Shown here piece after piece: positions 7,317 to 15,500 of a DNA stretch of 20,000 nucleotides (within the stretch, counting starts at the first letter, position 1; each line of letters begins with the position of its first letter). The notes beneath the pieces were generated by a model. That model was not told the origin of the DNA and searched no databases. It saw only the letters and a list, made by a program, of their open reading frames with translations. The DNA is from an uncultured virus (IMG/VR IMGVR_UViG_3300021090_000018). Lineage: Duplodnaviria; Heunggongvirae; Uroviricota; Caudoviricetes. The position numbers were made by a program, and so were the translations under genes. The stretch lies in the IMG/VR virus record IMGVR_UViG_3300021090_000018; one strand, given 5' to 3'.

Positions 7317-7979
7317 ATGCAGATTAAGAACTGGCCAAAGTTTCAACATTTCACGAATCGCCGTCCTCCGTGGATCAAGCTCTATCGTGATCTCCTGGAC
7401 GACGACGAGTGGTTTCACCTGTCACCGGCGAGTACTAAAGTGCTCATCGGCCTCTGGTTGCTCGCATCCGAGGACGAAACCAAGCAAGGACTGCTCCCGA
7501 CGCTCAAGAAAATCACCTTTCGGCTACGTATATCAGAAAAGGCTTTATTATCAAGCGTTTCAGAGCTCTCACATTGGGTGTTACACGATGATATCACCTT
7601 GATATCACCACGACATCAACTTGTACCCTCAGAGACAGAGACAGAGACAGAGACAGAGACAGAGACAGAGACAGAGACAGAGACAGAGACAGAGTTCACT
7701 CGCGTGTGGAAGGTGTATCCAAAAAAGGTTGGGAAACAAGCCGCGGAAAAAGCGTGGGGAAAACTCAACGGATCACGCCCATCGATCGAGACCCTCCTCG
7801 CCGCGATTGAGTCACAGAAACAGACGGAGCAATGGAAAAAAGATGAAGGGAAATTCATTCCATACTTCTCGACCTGGCTGAACGGGAAACGCTGGGAAGA
7901 TGAAGTGGTGGTGCAGGAATCGCTGGAAGTGCGCCTGACACGCTGGGCGGAGAAGGAGGATGCACATGACGAAAAATGA
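7317..7979 (+). CDS. Phage replication initiator / replisome organizer (lambda O-like architecture)
   Basis: N-terminal IKNW.KFQH..PPWIKLYR.LLDD; (ET)n linker; C-terminal F..W..YPKKVGK.AA.KAW..KFIPY.STWLN..RWEDE. Confidence 0.85.
   Translation: MQIKNWPKFQHFTNRRPPWIKLYRDLLDDDEWFHLSPASTKVLIGLWLLASEDETKQGLLPTLKKITFRLRISEKALLSSVSELSHWVLHDDITLISPRHQLVPSETETETETETETETETETETEFTRVWKVYPKKVGKQAAEKAWGKLNGSRPSIETLLAAIESQKQTEQWKKDEGKFIPYFSTWLNGKRWEDEVVVQESLEVRLTRWAEKEDAHDEK
7589..7694 (+). repeat. Putative replication origin: three 11-bp iteron-like repeats followed by (AGAGAC)10
   Basis: TGATATCACCT/TGATATCACCA/CGACATCAACT at 7589-7621; perfect AGAGAC x10 at 7631-7690 plus AGAG. Confidence 0.75.
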
Positions 7980-8499
7980 ATTCAACGGCCAGTTTCTTCG
8001 CCTCTGTCGCGGGTTCAAATTCGAGGCCACCGACGAACAAGCCGAGGCGTGGTTCCGTCGCGTCGGCCATGTCGCGCTCAGTGTCTGGGCGGAATCGGTG
8101 ACGAATCTGCTCTGCGCCGATCGCTTCCCGCGTGATCTGGATCGGGTGCTGACCGTCGTGGAGATCCAAGCGCAGGCCGCTCGGGCGAAGGCGGTGCAGC
8201 GTGATAAACCGATCGCGGCACGAGCGGCTGAGCAGATCGAACAGGGCGAGTACGGCGCACAGTCGCAACTGTTCCAGGTCATCAAAGCCTTCGCGGGCCG
8301 CGAACAGGTGCGGCGGTATCAAGCCCTCGTCACGAAGAACGAGGACATGCCGGCCACGACGAAACGGCTGGAATTAGTCCGGTTGCGCACGGAAGAGGCG
8401 CGACTGGAGGCGGTAATTCGTGACGGGTTACCCGCAATCACGAACGAGGAGGCGCTCCAGCTAATGCGACGGTACGAACCGGTGGAGGTATCGGTTTGA
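7966..8499 (+). CDS. Putative helicase loader/inhibitor partner of the initiator
   Basis: Directly downstream of the initiator; MTKNEF..F..L...W N-terminus resembles loader-like proteins; GGAGG SD favours ATG 7966; function inferred from position. Confidence 0.6.
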   Translation: MTKNEFNGQFLRLCRGFKFEATDEQAEAWFRRVGHVALSVWAESVTNLLCADRFPRDLDRVLTVVEIQAQAARAKAVQRDKPIAARAAEQIEQGEYGAQSQLFQVIKAFAGREQVRRYQALVTKNEDMPATTKRLELVRLRTEEARLEAVIRDGLPAITNEEALQLMRRYEPVEVSV

Positions 8500-8588
8500 T
8501 GCCAAGTGATTCGTCAATACGCACAAATGGCAGGCAAGAGGCGGTCAGAATTGGCCCTGGCGAAGAGATCAGGTTAAAACTGATGTAG
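8499..8588 (+). CDS. 29-aa minigene MPSDSSIRTNGRQEAVRIGPGEEIRLKLM
   Basis: GGAGGT 8484-8489 and TGATG overlap with the upstream stop. Confidence 0.35.
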   Translation: MPSDSSIRTNGRQEAVRIGPGEEIRLKLM

Positions 8589-8639
8589 GGGGTTGAGAAG
8601 TTTCAGTGTTGATCCTGGGGCAACGTTGGAGGTTTTACG

Positions 8640-9101
8640 ATGGTTCCGTGTACCTACTGCGGAGTGGTCGCTGATTCTATGGACCATATTCCACCGATGT
8701 GCATGCGTAACGTATTGAATGATCTTGGTAATTATATTGGAGTGTGGCGAGAAGTCCCATCGTGTCGATGGTGTAACTCGACGTTAGGGTCTCTCGCGCT
8801 TCTCACGGTTCATGATCGGCGAGCGCATATCAAGAGCGTGTTACGACGGAAATACAAGCGGTTGCTAGCCTCACCGATCTGGACCGAGCAGGAGTTATCC
8901 GAAGTCAGTGAGAATCTCCGGGCGTATATTGTCGAAAGCATGAAGCGAGCGAGCTTGGTGCGGGCCATGGTGGCGTGGGATGGACAATCTCGTGAGGCGC
9001 GAATGCCAACGGCATCGTTAGGACGGGTGTGGGAGCCAGGCGATGGAAATTGGGCGAATCGACCGAAACGCGAATGGCCTCCGTGGGCGACCCGTGGATA
9101 G
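8640..9101 (+). CDS. HNH-family endonuclease-like protein (CxYC..DH..P..CxxCN)
   Basis: CTYCG..SMDHIPP..VPSCRWCNSTLG; GGAGGT SD. Confidence 0.8.
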   Translation: MVPCTYCGVVADSMDHIPPMCMRNVLNDLGNYIGVWREVPSCRWCNSTLGSLALLTVHDRRAHIKSVLRRKYKRLLASPIWTEQELSEVSENLRAYIVESMKRASLVRAMVAWDGQSREARMPTASLGRVWEPGDGNWANRPKREWPPWATRG

Positions 9102-9191
9102 GGACAATGCTTTGTTGTCCACAGACGGATATTCCATGGGAAGAGGGAGAAGAGAGCACGAACAGGCCAGTTATACACAGGACATGGCACC

Positions 9192-9380
9192 ATGATCTGT
9201 CTCCGGTGTCTCAAAGCGCTCAAAGGTCGAGGGAAGTCACGATATTGCCGTCGCTGCTCGATGGTCGTGCGACTGAAATCCACGCTCCACCGTGTCGGCA
9301 AAGCAGGCGGATTGCGGCAGTCGAGTAACCGGTGGGCGAAGAAGGGGTTGGACCATCTTTTTTCAAGGGAGGATGTATGA
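9192..9380 (+). CDS. Small basic Zn-finger-like protein
   Basis: CLRC...YCRRC; ATGA coupling to the next gene. Confidence 0.6.
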   Translation: MICLRCLKALKGRGKSRYCRRCSMVVRLKSTLHRVGKAGGLRQSSNRWAKKGLDHLFSREDV

Positions 9381-10054
9381 ACAGACAAGGCTTCCTGGTG
9401 GGATTGGCGTTCGGTGTCCTGATCGTGGTGATGGTGGGCACGCTCACGATGGCGAGGGCGGAAGGACCGGGAGCGCGTGTCGATCGTTCTGGTGTCTGGC
9501 TATTGCTCGATGATTGTGCGCTCCAGGATGCGCGATCGGTGGAATGTCACGAGGTGGACAACCTTCGCAGTGTCAGGGAGGGGCGACAGGGGCCTGTGGT
9601 GATGGATTCAGGAGTGGCGCCACAAACTGGACTGGCCTATATGCCAGCGGGTGTGAAACCGGATGGTGATGTGGCTACTATATTGATGAACGCCCAAGCC
9701 AGTGTCTACGCCACGCTCGACGAGCCAACGCTCGGGAAGCTGATTGTGCTGTTATCGCTGATGGACCAGTCGCGGTGGTCCCTGGAGTTGGGGAAGCAAG
9801 AAGATACGGGCATTGTGCATCTTGGTGTGTCGTCTGAAGTCCTTTGTTCTGAGAACGGGTTCCCCGTCACCTGTTTGCACGGCGATTCGATTCCATTAGA
9901 GCCCTGCCTCGCCAAGATGGAAGCGGCCATGCGAGCGATGGATGCGTTTATTGATCCAAGCGAAGACGGCAGCGTTTCGACGGTGCAGGATGTATTCAAC
10001 GGTCATGCCCTGTGGCAACAGGTCAAGGCATCTTGCTGGAGGGATGGTAAATGA
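9377..10054 (+). CDS. Hypothetical membrane-anchored or secreted protein
   Basis: GGAGG SD before ATG 9377; hydrophobic N-terminus ending ARA (signal peptide-like). Confidence 0.75.
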   Translation: MNRQGFLVGLAFGVLIVVMVGTLTMARAEGPGARVDRSGVWLLLDDCALQDARSVECHEVDNLRSVREGRQGPVVMDSGVAPQTGLAYMPAGVKPDGDVATILMNAQASVYATLDEPTLGKLIVLLSLMDQSRWSLELGKQEDTGIVHLGVSSEVLCSENGFPVTCLHGDSIPLEPCLAKMEAAMRAMDAFIDPSEDGSVSTVQDVFNGHALWQQVKASCWRDGK

Positions 10055-10419
10055 GGCAAGCCAACGGACCATACAAACAATGAGGAGAAAAAGGAAAACG
10101 CGAGCACGTCCTTATCGCCGAGAAAGCTCTCGGTAGGTGTCTGCCTGAAGGGGTGGAAGTTCACCACGCGAATGAAATCAAGAAGGACAATAGGAACTGT
10201 AACCTTGTGATTTGCCAGGACCGTAGCTATCACCTACTGCTTCATACGAGGAAACGTGCGGTCGATGCTGGGCATCCTGCGACATGGCTATCGTGTCCGT
10301 TCTGTAAGAAGTTTGCTCATCCTGAAGTGTTCGGAGTGTTTAAGCCACACCAACAAAGGCACAGAGAATGCGGCGCTGAGTATTCTCGCAGAAAACGTGC
10401 TACACGGAGGCAGCCATGA
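10051..10419 (+). pseudogene. HNH endonuclease gene interrupted by in-frame TGA at codon 11
   Basis: MRQANGPYKQ*GEKGKREHVLIAEKALGRCLPEGVEVHHANEIKKDNRNCNLVIC; SD GGAGG and ATGA coupling at 10051; TGA at 10081-10083. Confidence 0.8.
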
Positions 10420-10715
10420 ACCGCTACGTCCAACATATCAGTGGGCAAGGGGACAAGTGGGAAGTCTATGACGAGACCGCATTGCGGTGGCACGCCGGGC
10501 CAGATAACAATAGCGCCTTCTTCTCACTGCCAAAATCAGAATACCGCCTCTGTGATCCTCCTGATCTCTGGAGAATCATCACGCCAAACGTCTACATCGG
10601 AGACAATGAGAAAGAACTCTGGTACCACGGAACCTGTATCGCCGCACTGGATCCTGGCTACCGGTTTGGACGTGAGTTGAACCTACTCACGATCGCCACA
10701 AAGGAGTCTCAGTGA
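10416..10715 (+). CDS. Hypothetical protein
   Basis: GGAGG SD, ATGA coupling. Confidence 0.75.
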   Translation: MNRYVQHISGQGDKWEVYDETALRWHAGPDNNSAFFSLPKSEYRLCDPPDLWRIITPNVYIGDNEKELWYHGTCIAALDPGYRFGRELNLLTIATKESQ

Positions 10716-10906
10716 CGCCGATCGTCTTCCACGCGAGCGTCAAGGGCTTCACCTCGGATGAGATTGGGCAATCCAAGCTGTCGTTTATCGTGCCAGATTG
10801 CGATAAAGACGCAGCGCATGAGGTAGGAAAATTGACCGGGTGTGTCCTCATGGTCACCGTGATGCTGGAGAAAGATATTAAGGCTGGAAGGAGAGGACGG
10901 ACATGA
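10712..10906 (+). CDS. Hypothetical protein
   Basis: AAGGAG SD, GTGA coupling. Confidence 0.7.
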   Translation: MTPIVFHASVKGFTSDEIGQSKLSFIVPDCDKDAAHEVGKLTGCVLMVTVMLEKDIKAGRRGRT

Positions 10907-11460
10907 AACTCTGTGAATGTGGATGCGGATCGCCAGCACCAATTGCCAGACAGTCAGGATCGCTAAGAGGCTACGTAAAGGGTCAACCAACCAGATTTGT
11001 CTTAGGGCACGCGAATCGGGGACACATAAGGGAACGAAGCGCGAATTGGCGAGGTGGACGAAAAAGATCAGATGGTGGGTATATCGAAATACGCAAGCCT
11101 GAACATCCACGAGCTGGTCCAGCAGGTTATGTCAAGGAGCACATCCTCGTGATGGAGGACATGATAGGGCGATTTGTGGTTTCGCCAGAAGAGGTCCATC
11201 ATATTGATCGTGACCGAGCCAACAATATCCCCGAGAACCTTTCTCTCTGCAAGAACAACTTTGAGCATAAATTGCTGCATCGGTGGATGGAAGCTCGGGA
11301 AGCGTGCGGACATGATGATTGGCGCAAGTGCGTATACTGCAAACAGTGGGGTGCGCCAGAAACTGTGCGACCACATAATTCCAAGAAATCCTATCAGGCC
11401 ACGGGTACGCACCCGTCATGCAAACGACAAGATTCTCAACAAAGGAGGGCAAAATCATGA
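10903..11460 (+). CDS. HNH homing endonuclease (HNH_3-like) with N-terminal CxCGCG module
   Basis: LCECGCG..RFVLGH, NWRGG..GY..HPRA..GYVKEHILVME..EEVHHIDRDRANNIPENL. Confidence 0.9.
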   Translation: MKLCECGCGSPAPIARQSGSLRGYVKGQPTRFVLGHANRGHIRERSANWRGGRKRSDGGYIEIRKPEHPRAGPAGYVKEHILVMEDMIGRFVVSPEEVHHIDRDRANNIPENLSLCKNNFEHKLLHRWMEAREACGHDDWRKCVYCKQWGAPETVRPHNSKKSYQATGTHPSCKRQDSQQRRAKS

Positions 11461-11840
11461 AACCGAAACTGGCTCTTATTGGCATCCTAGCGGTGTTGGC
11501 GGGACTGTTCGCGCTGCCGGCACAGGCGCAGATCATCTGCTCACAATTCGGCAACTTCACCTATTGCGATCCCGGCACTGGGCAGGGGAGTATTCAAGCC
11601 GACCTGGGGCACGGTCGCGGGGTGATTCTCGATAGCACGAACGGCACGACAACCCCCTACACGATTCTTCAACCGCAATCTCAGAGACACACGGCGCCGG
11701 TGTTTATTCCTCGCTCCACGCCACGAGCGCGTTCGTACTCAGAGCCGGACTACGAGCCTTCGTACTCCGCTGCGCCATCAGCTCCGTTAGGCTATCTGCC
11801 TCCGCCGCCCTCTGGCTATCTACCTCCGCCGTATCCGTAG
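11457..11840 (+). CDS. Secreted protein with signal peptide and Pro/Tyr-rich tail
   Basis: MKPK + hydrophobic core + AQA; CSQFGNFTYC; repeated GYLPPP; AAGGAGG SD before ATG 11457. Confidence 0.75.
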   Translation: MKPKLALIGILAVLAGLFALPAQAQIICSQFGNFTYCDPGTGQGSIQADLGHGRGVILDSTNGTTTPYTILQPQSQRHTAPVFIPRSTPRARSYSEPDYEPSYSAAPSAPLGYLPPPPSGYLPPPYP

Positions 11841-11851
11841 GGGGTGGGACA

Positions 11852-12127
11852 ATGAACATCGAGCGAGAGATGCTGAAGCAACAGCGCGACAGGAGGAAAT
11901 TGATGAGCGAGATGGAGAAAGCAATCGACACGACCACCTACATAGCCCGTGTGCATGTCCTCCTCTCGCACTCATCACTCATCGACTTGAGGGGACTCCT
12001 CACCGGAGCCAAACGCACACGGTTGAAAACGGTCAACTTCACCCTCAACGGATCGGCCTCTCTGATACCCAGGAAGATGGCGGTCCAACTAATCGAGTCC
12101 CATATCAAGCTGAAGGGTGGGCAATGA
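11852..12127 (+). CDS. Hypothetical protein
   Basis: G-rich SD-like sequence upstream, ATGA coupling downstream. Confidence 0.65.
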   Translation: MNIEREMLKQQRDRRKLMSEMEKAIDTTTYIARVHVLLSHSSLIDLRGLLTGAKRTRLKTVNFTLNGSASLIPRKMAVQLIESHIKLKGGQ

Positions 12128-12321
12128 CCGATAATGAAATCATCGCGAGACAGGTGAGGCAAATCGTGGAGCTAAACGATGAACTAGTGAAGCTCAAAGA
12201 CGGCATCAGGAAAGCCATCATGCACATGGTCTGCGTAGGTGGGCCGCTGAACGACAACAAACTGAAATTCACGCCGGAGCAGCAGAAGGTGTTTCAGACC
12301 ATTTTGGACGAGCTAGAGTGA
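12124..12321 (+). CDS. Hypothetical phage protein (CVGGPLNDN motif)
   Basis: ATGA coupling; protein-like composition. Confidence 0.7.
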   Translation: MTDNEIIARQVRQIVELNDELVKLKDGIRKAIMHMVCVGGPLNDNKLKFTPEQQKVFQTILDELE

Positions 12322-12522
12322 CCCCACCCTCCAAGCGTCCCCCCTCGAAGCTCCACCCGTTGGTGCAGTTGGATGAGAAATTGAGACAGCAGGCGGAAGA
12401 ACTATGAATCCTACCACCACCCGTTCTCCTCTGAGAAGACGCATGGCCACCGCCTCGCGCTTGGCCGCGTTCGAGCGACACGTCGGCCCTACAGAAGAAA
12501 TCTAATGAGCTAATGGTCAGGC

Positions 12523-15500
12523 TCAATGCCGCAAAGCAAGCTGTCGGTCGGATACCATCTTTGCTAGTCGATTCTTCTGCTCTCGCAACCGGTCAATCTG
12601 CACCCGTTTCTGTTCACCGGAGAGCACCCGAGACTGTTCAACCATCTTTATTCTAGTATTTATCGAGGACTCCTCGCGCTTCACCCGCTCAATCATCGGA
12701 TAGAGCGCGAGCTTCTCCCGTTCCTGCTCACGAATCGTCCGTGCACCTTCGAGATCACCACGTTTCAGCGCATCACGGTAACTGCCAAATGCTTGTTCAA
12801 CCTCAAGCGCCTGGTCATAAAACTGTGTGAGGTACTTGCTCGATCCACTCGGCAACGTCTCCACGAAATTCCCGGCGAGGAACACGTCCTTCAGTGCCAG
12901 GTTCGGCCTAGTCCCACGATCCACCATCGGGCGAATGCCATAATCCAGGACGGTCGTCCCCATCGTGCCCAGCCAACTAAAATACCCGCGTACCAATGCG
13001 TCCACCTGCACAGGCGAGAGACTGTCCCAGCGCCCCATTGCGAGCTGCGTTGGATCGGGGAGACCGAGCTGCCCCAGCATTCTGGCGATCTCACTCGTCC
13101 GCTCGGTGTAACGGTCCTGCTTCCGTAACCGTTCCATGCCTGGACGTTCGATCGGTTGGCCCGTAAACGCATCTTTATTCGCGTAGAGATCCATCAGCGG
13201 TTTCAGCAGTTGCGGCGTTGGGTTCATGCTCAATTGATTCGAGACGACGGCCGCCAGCCGCTCACCAAAGAATTTGCCCGTCATTTCTTGATCGATCAGA
13301 TATTCCACGCTCCGTTCAGCGATGGTGCCAATCGCGCCGATTTCAAACGGCTTGGGAATGCGGAATGCCACCCCCGCCACCTTAAACCACCAGTTATTTT
13401 CTCTGTCATACGGTTGCCGCTTTTTCCAATCATCATCGTCTTTATAGGCCAGCATCAAGGCAATCGACGCGAGCGCGACCGTCGCCAAGGTGGTACCCAT
13501 TCGACGGTAATCTTCCTTCGTGGCCCTGCCGAGCTTATAGAGGCCTTGCAATCTGGCTCCTGTGAACGGGACCACTTGCGTCAGAATCCTGACAGCGGCC
13601 CACTTGCCAGACAAACTAAAGTCCATGAGATCGCGGGCCCAGAACGTCGCCTCCTGGTGACTCATGCCTTTACTCAGCAGACGCTGATAGAGTGCCGCAC
13701 GGTTCACCTGTTCCCCGCGATCGCCAAACTCCTGATAGGCCTCGAAGGCCGGTTGAATCCGCTGCTTCCAGAACTTCGTGATGGCGCCGGCATCGCTGAG
13801 AATCGAGTCAGGATCAACCCCTTGTTCGATGAGTCGCCTGGTGCGGTCGGCATTGTTCCCGTCCAACATGGTCCCGAAACGCATCATGCCCCCACCAGCG
13901 AGGAGCTGTGCACGGGTTTCGGATTCGAGTCTCGTCCCCTTGATGCCTTCGCGGATATTCTCAAGAGGGTTATAGGAGAGGTCAGCGGTCCCGATCGCCT
14001 GAATGGAATCGCGGATCAAGTTGCGAATCTTGTAGGCCGGGTTCACCGTCACGGCAAAGGAAAAGTAGCGCTTCATCGCTTGGAACGGCTTCGCAATCGC
14101 GCCAAGCCCAGCATAGTGGAGGGCGGCGATGGCATCCAGGAGGGCGGGATCGGTGACACGGAAGGTGACCGGCTTCCCCTGATCCATATAATGAACCAGA
14201 TCCTTCTCCGTGGAACCGGACGGCACTTCCTGCGCCACGCCGGCCATGACGGCCGCATTCAGCGTTTCCTTCGCCGCTCGATTCTTCGCTGAGGCGGTGA
14301 TGAGATGCGACCAGTTCTGCAGGAGATTAGCCAGGAGATCATCGTTCAGATGTTCCGTGCCCCCTTCGAGCTTCTTCCAGGCATATTGATTGACGAGGCC
14401 CGGCTTGATGCCAAACCCCGGCGCGACCCCTTCCTCATGCAACCGATAGAACGGCACGTAAGGCTGGTTCTTGTAGAGATCACGCACCTCCGGGCTAATC
14501 AACCCAGAGTCCACGCCGATCTTCACCATCGCATCGTTCCAACTATTCAGCTCTCGGAGTGCGGTCAGATATGCCGCTTCCCGTGAGGCACCATTCTTCA
14601 TGGTCCCGCGGTTCAGGGTCTTGAGCGCGGCAATGTCCTGCTCGCGGTAGAGGTTTTCGAGTCCGATCGCCTTGAGACGGTCTGCGCGTTGCGCCGCCAC
14701 CCATTCCATGAAACGGTCTTGCTCGCCATGGAGAGCGGAGAGCACTTTCGAGAACCCATTCATGCCATCCGCTTCTCGATAATCGACGCGGTAGGCCCCA
14801 TCGGAATCGACGTAGGGCTTGCCGTACAGCAACAGGGCTTCCAGGGTTCCGTCACCCGCCTTCGTCATGCGTGAGAGAATGTAGGCCTTTTTGCTGTAGT
14901 CCAAGATCGGCGCATACTGATCGAAGAGGCCTTGCTGCAGCGTCTGCTTCCAGGTCTGTTTGAACGAGTCCAGCTTTTCATGCCAGGTCTTTGGCGTGCC
15001 GTGCACGTGTTGCAATGCGGTCTGCTGTGTTTCAGTCAGTGCACCGAGATGCGCGTGTCGAGCCGAATAGGGGGCAGGCGTCTTGTTCTGGATACCGGGG
15101 AACTCGGGCGAGCGGAGTTCGTTGTAGGTCAGGCCGGCTTGACGTCGTCGCTCAAACACTGGCCCGCCCGGCTGCGGGCCGGAATCGTCAGGGTTTTCGC
15201 CTTCATTCTTCAGGAAGTCTCCAAATTGATCTTCTCCTGATGGGTGATATCCCATAAATCTCGCCCATTTCTCGTTCTTCTTAAATGTATACTCCACTGC
15301 CCGCCACATGGTTTTAGCCCCGTCACGAAACCACGCCTTCTCACTGACAACAGGTCTCATGTCACCATTCGATACGATCATCCAGTGAGGCCTAGAAGGG
15401 TCTTTTGCTACCTCCCAATAGCTGTCTCTCAGGTGAATAGATAGCCGTGTAGCATCGAAAACACGTGCAGCGTCTTCGCGTTTGCGCTCTTGGTGGATAG

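Noticed and set aside
7631..7694. CRISPR-like array
   Set aside because: Simple hexamer tandem repeat without spacers
10081..10083. Genome-wide TGA recoding or selenocysteine
   Set aside because: TGA terminates most genes via ATGA overlaps; the position is not a conserved Cys and no SECIS-like hairpin is evident
12269..12526. 85-aa minus ORF and a possible bidirectional terminator at the convergence point
   Set aside because: Low-complexity translation without RBS; no convincing hairpin + U-tract seen
13156..14292. 378-aa + strand ORF (also 12793-13128, 17473-18177, 18464-19042 and similar)
   Set aside because: Antisense shadows of the GC-rich giant gene; no motifs and no RBS noticed, unlike 19156-19599
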